A stretch of DNA of 63,323 bases, filler included, from Welwitschia mirabilis (lineage: Eukaryota): assembly GCA_051453625.1 (NCBI GenBank). It is 7 parts of one record of this genome, joined end to end, with 100 filler letters (N's around TTAATTAATTAA, not from the genome) between each part and the next. Parts side by side here need not be neighbours in the genome. Positions count along the whole stretch, not along the records: positions 23,742 to 37,536 come from JBOZIK010000001.1; 6 more parts are not named here. One strand, written 5' to 3'. The translations under genes were made by a program, and so were the position numbers. Numbering within the stretch: position 1 is the first letter of the stretch; every line of letters starts with the position of its first letter. Positions 25,281-37,536 of this stretch are shown in pieces. The notes under the pieces are model-generated. The model had not been told where the DNA came from, made no database searches, and saw nothing but the letters and a program-made list of their open reading frames with translations.

Positions 25281-28200
25281 ATGGCATCCTCTAGTTATCC
25301 AGAGGGTCATGCAGTGTCAAGACCTTCATTTTTAGATGGCAAGTGTTAATATGTGAAGCCAAATTTATTATTTTGTAATGTCCCTAGTGGTATGTTTTAC
25401 ATTGGCCCCACTTTAATGTGTAAAAGGAGGTTTCTATTTTAAACCATCCTTGGGGGCGTTAGGTAGAGATAAGACACGTGTCAAGAGAGGGATGCTACTC
25501 TCTCTAGGGTTTTGGCTTGTAACCCTAATTGGTTGTAACCCTTGGCCTATTTAGTGGTGGTGTGAGGGTTGTTTGTTTGTAAGACAGAGAGTCGATAGAG
25601 TTCTGTAAGGCATACTTGACTGAAGCCTGTTGTTGGCTTGAAGCCTGTTCTTGGCTTGTACTCTTTAAGCAGATAATAGAGCTCTGCATTGCTTTCCCAT
25701 GGTTTTTCCCCTCATTGGGGTTTTCCATGTAAATCCTTGTGTCTCCATGTTCTCTTTCTACATTGTTTACTAGCTTTGCTATTGTGTATTTTCGTAGCAA
25801 CAATAACTATGCCCATTGGAAATAAAAAATGAGCATCTTTTTGATGTTATTTCATCTAGAAATATGGGACATGGTAAACCAAGGTTATCAACTGCCAATG
25901 CTAGGTGATAAAAAATGGGGCTAGGTGAAAAAGTTCTTGAAAATTGAGTGGTACGGAAAATCCTAAGGAGTCTTACTATGAAGTTCAGACCAAAGGTAAC
26001 AGCTATCGAAAGCAAGTATATAGATAAAATGAAGGTAGAGGAATTGAAAGGATCATCAATGGCATACAAAGCAACTCTCCTTCCAGAGGAAGATCTGCCA
26101 AACCAAAAGAGCATTGCTATAAAAGCAAGTGAAGAGGTCAATGAAAGTTACTCAAGTGAGGATGAAATGGTTGAAGATTTAGCTCTACTAGCAGGAACTT
26201 TAAATCTTTTCTATGAAAGAAGAAGTAAGGACAGTACTCCAAGAGACCCATCAAAGGTAAAGGCGACAAAGGCAAAAACTCTTCACTTTCAATTCAATGT
26301 ATGAATGCAAAGGCTTTAGACATGTAGTTGCAGATTGTGCAAACAACAAAAAGGATAAGAAGGCCAAAGCAAAAGGAAAGAAAGTGCTTGAAGCTACATG
26401 GGATTCTACAAAAGAAGAAGGAAGGACAGTATTCCAAAAGACCCTTCAAAGGTAAAAGTAACAAAGGTAAAAACTCTTCACTTTCAATTCAATGTTATGA
26501 ATGCAAAGGCTTTAGACATGTAGTTGCAAATTGTGCAAACAACAAAAAGGATAAGAAGGCCAAAGCAAAAGGAAAGAAAGTGCTTGAAGCTACATGGGAC
26601 AAATCTAAGGCAGAAGGAGCTAGCTCAAGTGATAAAGAAGAAACATTGAAGCTTGGACATCTTGTAGTAGCTGAAGAGGTAAGTACTTCTATCTTCTCCA
26701 ATTTTTTAGTTGATGAATGTTTTACTAGTACTAGACAAAGGGAATCTGAAAATGTCTTTGAAAATTGCAATGATTTAGACTTTGACCACGATGAACTTTT
26801 TGATGCTAGTGAAAAACTCTATGCACTTAGTCTAGATTTAGGGAAGAAAATTTTGCTTTATAAATAAAACTCGAAACTTACCTCAAAAGTGTCAATCTAA
26901 GAATTGAATTCTTGTCTAAAGAGTTGAAAGATGTGAGATATATTGCAAATCGTTTAACTCAAGGAAGAGATAACCTAAATAAATTGTTGGAAGTAAGAAG
27001 ATCTCCTTTTGGTAAATCCGGTTTGGATAGCCTTCCTAGTAAAACCCCTACCTTTTATTCATTTGGTCTTTGAACTCAATATCAATCCTTTAAAAGAGCT
27101 AGCTTAAATAGTTTTTATTATAATAGTCATGGGCATAATCAATTTAATTGTCCCTATAAAAAATTAGTGTTCTTTGGATACTCAAGAAGCAACCTTAAAT
27201 TTATTAGAAAAAATCTCTTTTGTCCAGATCCTTCTAGAAGCCAAATCTCCAAAAAATGTGTCAAAAAGAGTCATCACATCTGCGTTTGCTCATGCTACTT
27301 TTAAAGCTCAAGAGAAAACTAAATGGTACCTTGATAGTGGATGCTCCAGATATATGCCAGGGAATAGGAATATCTTAGTTTTGTTTTAAGAAATTGATAG
27401 TGGAGAAGTTACTTTTAGGGACAATAGCAAAGGCCACATTGTTGGAAAAGGATCCATTGCTACTACTAAATATCACCCAACTATAAATGATGTCTACTGA
27501 GTTGAAGGTCTAAAGCATAACTTGCTCAATATCTCTTAGATATGTGATAGAGGTAATACAATCTCATTCTATCAAGATAAATGTGTCATCCACAATAGCC
27601 TTACCAATCAAGAGGTTCTTACAAGTTATAGGTCAAAATGTATGTATATGCTAGGAAGTAATGATAGATCAACAGATTGATACTATTTAGCTCAATCAAA
27701 TGAAGTTAGCTTGTGGCACCATAGATTGGCTCATATAAATTTAAAAGATTTAAAGACAATCTCTTTTAAAGAAATAGTCAAAGGTGTTCCAAAGTTAAAT
27801 ATTGCTCAAGCCAAAAATTTGTGAATCCTATCTAAAAGGAAAGTTAGTTAAATCAAGTTTTTCCAAGAAAAAGAAATATCTCTTCCACTAAACCTTTAGA
27901 TTTAATTTACATGGATTTGGATGGTCCCATTCAAACTAAAAGTATTGGAGGAAGGAGGTATTTTCTAGTCATGGTAGATGATTTCTCAAGATTCTGTTAA
28001 CTATGTTTTTTAAATGGCTAGAACAATGATAAATGAATACTCCCTTCCCCATCATCTTTGGGCACAAGCTGTCAATACAGAATGTCATGTCTCCAACAAA
28101 GTGTTTTTTTCCGTTTGGCACTAAAAAAACTACTTATGAACTTTGGCATGGGAAGAAACCTAATATTAGTTACTTTAAAGTCTTTGGCAACAAATGTACT

Positions 28201-29878
28201 ATTCTCAAGGACAAGTATCCTATAGGTAAGTTTGAATCAAAATCTGATAATGCAATTTTTCTAGGATACTCCTCAGTTAGCAAAGCATATAGGATCTTTA
28301 ACAAAGCTATAGGAAAAGTGGAAGAATCAGCTGATGTAAGAATCGATGGTTCATGTGATTATACTCTTTTAGATAGTGTTGATCATATGGATATCCTAGC
28401 TGAACCTTCTTCATCTAAAAACCAACAATCTATCTTAAGCAATGATGAAGATAAGGGAGAAACCAGCTCTCATTGCATCCTTCTTCAATGAGCCAAAAGA
28501 AATCACCCTTAAGAGCTTAGAGTAAGTAAACCTGATCAGGGAACAACAACTAAAAGTGTGGAAATTGGTTCCCCCTCCTAAGAGCAAGCATATTATTGGG
28601 GCAAAATAGGTACTTAAAAACAAGAGAGATGAAAATCACAACATCATTCAAAAAAAGGCTTGCTTAGTTGCTCAGGGATACAGCCAACAGGAAGGAATAG
28701 ATTATGTAAAAACATTTGCTCTTATTGCTAGATTGGAAACCATTTGGATGCTTCTTACTTTTACTTGCTACCATAAGATTAAACTTTTTCAGATGGATGT
28801 AAAAAGTGCCTTTTTGAATAGTTATATTAATGAAGAAGTCTACGTAGCCCAACCTCCTAGGTTCACAGACTCAAAGTCCCCTAATTAGATGTATAAACTA
28901 AACAAGGCATTATATAGATTGAAGCAAGCTCCTAGAGCCTGGTTTGAAAGACTAAACTCATTCCTAGTGTCAAAAGTTTGCAAAAATCGTGCAAGAGGAA
29001 TTTGAGATGAGCATGGTAGAAGAATAAACTTTATCTTGGGATTGCAAATCCAACAAATGGAAGAGGGCATATTTAGTAGCCAAACTAAGTATATTTCAGA
29101 TATTCTAAAGAAATATAATATGGTAAATGCTACAGATTCAAAAACTTCTCTCTCAACCAATATAAAAATCAACAAGGATGAAGCTTGTAAGAAGGTAGAT
29201 TAGAAGTAGTACAGAGGGATAATTGGAAGCTTATTATACATAACAAGAACTAGACCTGATAGAGCACATAGAGTAGGAATTTGTACTAGGTACCAATCAA
29301 ATCCAAGGGAATCCCATCTAGTACGTGTAAAAAGAATTTTGTGGTATCTTAAAAACACTCAACATTTTGGTCTTTGGTACCCTTGTGATACAACTCTAGA
29401 TCTAGAAGGATATAATGATGTTGATTAGGCTAGCTTTGTGGATGACTAAAAAAGTACAAGTGGTGCTTGTTTCTATATAGGAAACTACCTAGTGTGATGG
29501 CTGAGTAGGAAGCAAAACACAATGTCTTTATCAACCATTAAAGTCGAATACATTGCTGCTACGGTTGCTTGTGCTTAACCCCTTTGGATAAAACATATGC
29601 TCACAAATTTTGGAGTAGAAAGAGGTTTAATCAAGCCATTTTGTGACAATACAACTATCATCAACATTATCAAAAACTTATTTCAACATTTTAAAATAAA
29701 ATATATTGACATCAGAGATCATTTTATAAGGGAACAAGTTCAAAATAATATTATAATGTTGGAATATGTGCCTACTTAAGATCAAATTATAGATGTGATG
29801 ACCAAAGGACTCAATGAAGAGGGATTTAGTTATTTAATGAAAAATTTAGGTATAGGTGCTTGTCCTACCTCTCAATAA
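25281..29878 (+). pseudogene. Disrupted gag-pol of Sirevirus #1
   Basis: MASSSYPEGHAVSRPSFLDG[insertion]NYAHWK; VRKILRSLTMKFRPKVTAIE; CYECKGFRHVVANC; protease WYLDSGCSRYM; LWH.RLAH; TYELWHGKKPNISYFKVFG; RT LFQMDVKSAFL; RNase H KYIDIRDHFIRE. Many stops and deletions. Confidence 0.9.
25344..25799 (+). repeat. Solo LTR (Copia family A) inserted in gag of Sirevirus #1
   Basis: TG...CA, collinear with LTR 16390-16810. Flanks gcaag/acaat are consistent with a decayed 5-bp TSD. Removing it restores the gag motif FLDG.NYAHWK. Confidence 0.9.
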
Positions 29879-30253
29879 TTTTTGATTTAATTCAATTTGC
29901 TCCTAACTCTGTTATTCTCCCATCTAAGTGGTTTACAAATTTTCTAGGTGATATCTTACCTTTGCATTTTCTTTACACAAAGACATCCTGGCTTTTTACT
30001 CAGACATCCTAAGGATTTTTACAACCTAAACATCCTTATCCTATTTGCCGGATGTCTGCTCTTTAAATCAAAAAGAAAAATCTGGGTATTATGACCTACA
30101 GGTCTACATAAAAAATCTTGGACATTTGCTCCAACCCTAGCCAAACACCTGTGCTATCTCTTGCCTTTCTTATGTGTTTTTATCAACCTTCCTTCCTCAT
30201 TCTTCAATGTGAAATTTCTCTAGTAGCCTCTTTGTTTCTCTTCTTCAGTCATC

Positions 30254-31326
30254 ATGGTCAAAAGCAAGTTGATCGCTTCAAGAGAAAAGAAGAAACTTGA
30301 ATTAGAAGAAGAACGGTTTTTAACTCTAGAACATAGAAAATCATGGCTTGAAGGCTTTTCAAAAAGGCCTATTGCTCCAGAACGCAAGATAGACTTTAAG
30401 TCTTTTAGACATGAAGCTCAAATTCTCCACAAATCTGAAGAGCAAGGGTGGCTACATGCCTTAGACCCAGATACTTGTGCTTCCATAAGAATGGCAGGTT
30501 TATTTTATTGTAATGCTATTTTTAACCCTTCAGATTAGGTCTTTACCACAAAAGTTTATAGTAGAAGCGGAGATTAGATCTGAAAGCCATTTCCCTAGTC
30601 ACTAGTTATCCAAATGAGGGATTCTGAAGAGAAATTTTTTTCAGTTAGCTCATTACAGGAAGCAGTCTCTAAAGAGGTTTTAACAACAGAAACATATGGG
30701 TCTAATATTGTATGGAGAGCTAGTATTCCCACTAACAAACTGAAATCATTTTATAGAGTCTTATTTCAGATTTCTACTCATAATCTAGTTCCCAAGCTTA
30801 GGCACAAAGATGAAGTATTACATCTTTGTGCTTATATCTTGTTCTGCCTTGGCACTAAAGTTCAAATTAATCTGTGTGAATTTATAATGTTCTACATGAG
30901 TAAATTCATCAATGCCAATTACAGCAGCTTACCATTTGGGGGTTTAATTATAGCAATTCTAAAAAATCATTAGTTTGTTATTCAGAAAGATGAAGAGCTT
31001 GTCAAAGTGCCAAAGCTTCTAGGGCTATATTCTTTGAAGAAAATGAACATCTTTTTTGATATTGTGGGTTCTACTCCTCCTCCCTAGAAGAAATAGTGCA
31101 TTAAAGAAGACTCAAGCTTAGGACCAGTCGGTATGAGGATTTCATGAAAGCAACCCTAGAAATTAAAGAAATAGCTTTGAAAACCCAGTAGACTGCTAAT
31201 AAAATACATAAGAAAGTTGACAGAATTGTATTTGGTTTGTCTGTGTATGGTCTAGAGATTCCACCTGGTTTTGATGAAGAAGAATAGCAGCCCATAGATT
31301 CTGAGCATGATGACTTTTCTGATTAG
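30254..31326 (+). pseudogene. Sirevirus extra ('env-like') ORF, copy 1; putative plant transposon protein domain (Transposase_32-like)
   Basis: MVKSKL...FSKRPIAPERKIDF..EQGWL..LFYCN..; QISTHNLVPKL.HKDEV..LFCLGTKVQINLC..LPFGGLI; ends ..EHDDFSD*. Lies between pol and the PPTs and contains internal stops. Confidence 0.85.
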
Positions 31327-34300
31327 ATATTATTCCCTCTCATGCTCCTCTTTTTGTACCTGTTATCTCAAAAACTATTCTCTATTATAGACACATTTTT
31401 CAGTAATGAAATATTCTTTGTTTTCATTCTCATTAGTTTTTTCAATTTGCTTTATGTTGTTTTTCGATAATGACAAAGGGGAAGAAAAGATTTAGATTAT
31501 TGCTTAAGTAATATTAGTTTATTCTCAAATGACATTTGTGCTCTTTGTTCTACAACATTTTTGCATTAGTCTCATCTACAAAGACAACATTTGTTAGTTT
31601 ATCATGTAGGCATTAGGTAAATCCCAAGAGCACAAATTCAGGGGGAGTAACTAGCTCTTCCATCTCTAAAATCCTAAGAAAGGTTGTCATCATTGAGAAG
31701 AGGGAGATTATTGAAGATATACATTTCAATAATGATCAACTAACTCATAGTGTGTTGAAAGTTCAATCGACACAAGCAAAAAAGAGTCAAAATGAAATAT
31801 CTTGTGTTTGTGTCAACCAGGTTGTTTAACTATGAAACTAGGACGTCTGCACCTGTATGCGGTTTTGTGTATAAGGATGTCTGGATTTGAAATTGGGATG
31901 TTCAGCCCTATGTGTGACAAAATGTACAGGGCATCCAAGATCTCTATCGAGACATCTGCTCCTATTCGCAGACAAAAAGCACAAAGACGTCCGGATCCTA
32001 AGGCTAGACCATTCACCCCTGTATTGGTCCTTATTATGGGGATGTCCAAATTTTGGATCAAGATGTCCGAGATCCTATATAGTTTTGACAAGTGGTAAGG
32101 ATTATAACATAGACGTCCGGACCTTTAAAAGGGGACATTTGGGCAACCAAATGTTGGAGCAAAAAAATACACATTGTGAACATCATAGTGTGCATTTTGA
32201 GACACCAATGGTCATGGATTGTTACTAGCACACCATTCAAGGAAGAGGGCTTGTAGTTTAAGGCTATAACAGCTATATTTTGTAAAACCTTGTATAAAAG
32301 ATGAGAATATCATTCCATAAAGAACTCTTCTTCTACATGAGATAAAATTTTGTAATATCTACCTATGTAAGTATCTCCCTCTATATATTGTTCCTAATTT
32401 GGAAATCGTCTAGTTGGATAATTATATTACCAATCTGATGATCGGTGCATCCTAAGGCATCTTTCTAGCATCAGACTCTTAAAACATCTTGTATAGTATG
32501 CTCAAGTGGGAGCATTTGAGATGAAGTCCCTTGAGAGAAGGGCATTGTATGAAACTTTAGACCTTGTGCAAAGGGAGTTGTAAAGTGTTAGACTTTAAAG
32601 AAACCAGAAGACTGGAAGCTATTACTACCCCCTAAGAGTGGAGTAGGCAAAGGGCCAAACCACTATAAATCTCTTATGTTTTCTTGGTGCTTGTGATTTG
32701 CCTATTAATTTGCTTCTTTTGATTAAAGGTTAAAAAATAATTTTTTTATTAACAAAATATTTTAAATCACCCTATTCACCCCCCTCTAGGGTGTCATATG
32801 ATCCTGACAATCTTGAGTAAAAAAGGAGTATTTTCTAGAAATTCACTTGCTTTTCTATAACACCGTAATATTTCTATACGTTTTCCACTATTTTTCTATT
32901 CTCATTGTGCATACATTTTCATTGCCCATCATATTTTCTATTTAGTTAGATATTTTAAACTCCTAAGCATCATCAAAAACATCAAGCAACATCATCTTTA
33001 TTCCATACTCAATTCTAATTCATACTTCATACTCAATTCCATCTTTTTAAAAACCCTAGGTTAGGTTTCATATTCTTGTAGGACTAGAAATATCTCCATC
33101 CTTGAAATTTGGTCTTAGACAAAATAGTTTGAAAAATAAAAAAGACTTGGAAANNNNNNNNNNNNNNNNNNNNNNNNNNNNNNNNNNNNNNNNNNNNNNN
33201 NNNNNNNNNNNNNNNNNNNNNNNNNNNNNNNNNNNNNNNNNNNNNNNNNNNNNTCAAGGACAAGTAATGTACAGGTAAATTTGAATCAAAATCTGATAAT
33301 AGAATATTTCTAAGATACTCCTGAGCTAGAAAAGCTTATAGGGTCTTTAACAAAACTATAGGAAAAGTGGAAGAATCAACCTAAGTAATAATTGATGATT
33401 CTTATGATTACACTCTATCAGGCAGTGTTCATCATATAGATGTCCTAACTGAACTACCTTCATCCAAAAACCAACTATCCACCTCAAGTAATGACGGAAA
33501 AAAAGGGGAGAAAAAAGATCTTGCCGCATCCTTCCTTAAGGAACCAAAAGAGATCACCCTCAAGAAGTTATAGTAAGTAAGCCTCATCAGGGGACAACTA
33601 GAAGCAGCAAACACATTAGTCATAGTCTTCTTTGCTTTCTATCTATTGTAGTACCCAAAAACTCTCAAGAAGCTAAAAAAGATAATGCATGGATGATTGC
33701 CATGCAACATGATCTGAATCAATTCGAAAGGAACAAATTGTGGAACTTGGATCCCCCTCCTAAAACCAAGGGTATTATTGGAATCAAATGGGTGTTATAA
33801 AAACAAGAGAGATGAGAATCACAACATAGTTCAAAACAAGGCTTGCTTGGTTGCTCAAGGATACTATCAGCAGGAAGGAATAGATTGTGGAGAAACATTT
33901 GCTCTTGTTGCTAGATTGGAAGCCATACGCATGCTTCTTGCTTTTGCTTGTTACCATAAGATTAGACTTTTTCAGATGGATGTAAAGAGTGTCTTTCTGA
34001 CTGGTTATATTAATGAAGAAGTCTACATAGCCCAACCTCCCGGGTTCACTAACCCAAAGTTTCCTAATTATGTGTTCAAACTAAATAAGGCATTATATGG
34101 GTTGAAGCAAGCTCCTAGATCCTGGTTTGAAAGACTAAACTCATTCCTAGTGTTAAATGGATTTAGAAAAGGCAATGTTGACCCAACTCTGTTTATTAAG
34201 CGTGAAAACAATGATATGTTACTAGCTCAAATATATATTGGATCAATCAAAATTACTCTTACTCAAAAATTTGCAAAAATCATGCAAGAGGAATTGGAGA

Positions 34301-35465
34301 TGAGCATGGTAGGAGAATTAAACTTTTTCTTGGGGCTGCAAATCAAACAAATGGAAGATGGCATATTTATTAGCCAAACTAAGTATATTGAGAATATTCT
34401 AAATAAATATGATATGGTGAATGCTAAAGATTCAGAAACTCCTCTCTCAACCAATATACAAATCAGCAAGGATGAAACTTGTAAGAAGATAGATCAAAAG
34501 TTGTGTAGAGGGATAATTGGAACTTTATTATACTTGAGAGCAAGTAGGCTTGAAATAGCATATAGTGTAGGAATTTGTGCTAGGTACCAATCAGATCCGA
34601 GGGAATCCCATCTAGTATGTGTTAAAAGATTTTTTTGGTATTTTAAAAACACTCAACACTTTGTTCTTTGGTACCCTTATGATTTAACCCTAGATCTAGT
34701 AGGACATAATGATGTTGGTTGGCCTGGGTGTGTGGAAACTGGAAACGTACGAGTCGTGCTTGTTTTTACCTGGGACTGCCTAATGTCATGGCTAAGTAGG
34801 AAGCAAAACACGCTTTATCAACTACTGAGGACGAATACATCATTGTTGGCGCTTGTTGTGCTCAACTCCTATAGATGAAACAAATGCTCACAAATTTTGG
34901 AGTAAAAACATATTGATATCAGACATCATTTCATAAGGGAACATGTTCAAAATAATGTTATCATGTTGGAATATGTGCCTTCCCAAGATTAAATTACAGA
35001 TATAATGACTGAAGGACTCCATGAGGAGAGATTTGCTTATCTAAGAAAAAACTTGGGTATAGGGGCTTGCCCCACCTCTCAGTAAACTCTAATTCAATTC
35101 AATGTGCTCCTCGTTGTATTATTCTTCCATCTAAATGGCTTGCAAATTTTCTAGGTGATATCTTACTTTCTGCATTTTTATCTCACCCAGACCTCTTGGC
35201 TTGTTCCCCGGACATTCCAAGGGTTTTACAATTTGAAGGTCCACAGATTTTCTCTCGGATGTCCATTCTTTAAATCAAAACTTTGGGTATTATGACCTTA
35301 CGTCTGCCCGAAATATTTCGGATGTCCGCTCTTTCACGTGGACACAACCCTAGGTAGACGCTTGCATTCCCTTTTGTCTTTTAATTTTATTTTATCATCT
35401 TTCCTCCTTCATTCTTCAACTTGACAATCCACTGCAAGCCTCTCTGTCTCTCTGCTTCAATCATC

Positions 35466-36482
35466 ATGGTTAGAAGCAAGTTGGCTGCTTCCAGAAAAGG
35501 CAAGGAACCTGAATCAGAAGAAGAATGATTTGTAACTATAGAGCACAAAAGATCTTGGGTTGGAGGCTTTTCAAAGAAACCAATTGCTCTAGAACACAAG
35601 ACAGATTTTGAGTCCTTCAGATATGAAGTTTGTATTGTCCACAAAGTTGAAGAGCAAGGGTGGCTATATGCTTTAGACCCAGATACTCATGCTTCCACAA
35701 GAATTGTATGTCTCTTTTGCTGTAATGCTAATTTCAACCCTTCAGATTGGGTCTTTACTACAAAAGTTTATGGGAGAAGGGTAGATGTAGATCTAGAAGC
35801 CATTTCCTTAGTCACCAGTTATCCAAATGAGGGATTCTTTAGAGAAATCACTTTAGTTAGCTCATGATAGGAAGCTATATCTAAAGAGGTTTTAACAATA
35901 GAACTATGTAGGTCTAATAATGCATGGAGAGCCAGTATTCTCACAAACAAACTGAAACCTTTTTATAGAGTTTTATTTTAGATTGCTATTCAAAATCTAG
36001 TTCCCAAACTTGGGCACAAAGATAAGTATCACCTCTTTGTGCTTATATTTTGTTCTGCCTTGGCACTAGAGTTTGAATTAATCTATGCAAATTATAATGT
36101 TCTATATGAGTCAATTCATCAGTGCTAGCTACAACAGCTTACCATTTAGGGGCTTAATTACCGCTATTTCATATATAATCATTTTGTTATTTAGAAAGAT
36201 GAAGAGCTTGTCAAAGTACCGAAGTCTCTGGGCTATACTCTTTAAAGCAAAATGAACATCTTTTCTGATATTGTGGGTCTTGCTCTTCCTCCCAAGAAGA
36301 AACAACGCACTGAAGAAGGCCCAAGCTTAGGACCAGTAAGTAATGAAGATCTGATGAAGGCAATCCTAGCAGTTAAAAAGATAGCTTTGAAAGCCTAGCA
36401 GACTGCTAATAAAGTGCACAGGAAAGTTGATAGGGTTGTATTTGGTTTGTCTGCTTATGATTTGGAGATTCCACTTGGTTCT
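35466..36482 (+). pseudogene. Sirevirus env-like ORF, copy 2 (C-terminal tail displaced to 43659-43711)
   Basis: MVRSKLAASRKGKEPESEEE..., PPKKKQRTEEG, EDLMKAILAVKKIALKA.QTANKVHRKVDRVVFGLSAYDLEIP. Collinear with copy 1. Confidence 0.85.
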
Positions 36483-37503
36483 TGTTGGTAAGATTTCAAT
36501 GATGACTAATACATCAGATCTAGCTAGCCAAAATTCGTCCCTAAAATCCAAAAAGATGCTTTAAGTTGCAAAGACAATGAAGGCAAGATCTGAAGCAATC
36601 AATAAGTACTAGGACATCTCAGCTTTACAACTGGGAAGTCCGACCCTGTAAACTGTCAAATGTACTAGGATGTCCACCGATCAAGACTGGGATGTACCGA
36701 CCTACTCTCGGATAAGAGATGCTAGAATGTTTGCCCTGCAAACCGGGACGTCCGAACCTGTTTCTTAGCCAAATGTGTTGGGACATCTAACCCTAAAAAA
36801 CGGGACGTCTGGACCTTCTCTCAGTTTTTTGTAAAAGCAAACTTAAAAATCGAGACGTCTGGATTTTCACAATGGGACATCTGAGTAGTTAACCGTTGTT
36901 GTGGAAATATGTGGTCAAATGAACATTGGGTGCTGATTCAGAGTGAAAAACCACTACAAGAACATCCTAAACTACACACAATTCAAGAAACGACCTTGTC
37001 TATGGTTGTCTTTACCATCTTGAATGAAAAACATATAAATGTATTGATCAAAATGAATTGATCACTGGATGGAACTAAAGTGTGAAAATTTAATATAATC
37101 ATTTCAAGAGAAAGTTCTCTTTCTTTAGGCTGTACGAGTGGGTTGAAGTAAGTATATCTGAATCTTTGATGTTGTACTCCATGCTGATGATTTGTGCTCT
37201 TAAGGCTTAATAGACATCAAACCTCTCTTCTCTCTTCTTTTGTGTTGCTCTGAAGGATCAAAGATTGTGACTCATAAACCCTGGTTTAGAGGATTGTTGT
37301 ATTGGAAGAAAAAGCTTTGATTTAAGGGAACCAGGAGGCTGAAGGCTTTGTGTTGTCCACTATGAGTGGAGTAGGCTGGAGAGTCGAACCACTATAAAAG
37401 ATCTGGTGCACTTTTCTTATGATTTTGTTTTTTAGTTTTATGTGTAATTGATTGTTTTCAGTTTCTGTTCCTTTTAGTGTAAAAATTTTAAAACCCTATT
37501 CAA

Positions 37504-37536
<33 letters not shown>

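Larger units (their letters stand above)
23742..32809 (+). mobile_element. Sirevirus (SIRE-lineage Ty1/Copia) element #1, near full length, with env-like ORF
   Basis: 5' LTR runs from the gap to 25216, then PBS tggtagcagagc (25219). Gag-pol 25281-29878 and extra ORF 30254-31326. Three PPT-like tracts (~31470, ~31638, ~31690), the Sirevirus multi-PPT signature. 3' LTR 31709-32809 ends with the C-rich cctattcacccccctctagg signal. GGACGTCC-type motifs are repeated in the LTRs. Confidence 0.92.

Noticed and set aside
31709-31712. 3' LTRs of #1 and #4 start TATT instead of TGTT
   Set aside because: Related LTRs (36483, 42610, 44158) start TG, and single G-to-A transitions explain the difference.
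37504-37536. Poly-G run (possible G-quadruplex) at the end of the 5' LTR of #3
   Set aside because: It replaces the expected C-rich signal right at a contig end and is absent from the sister LTR (43620-43635), so it is most likely a sequencing or assembly artefact.
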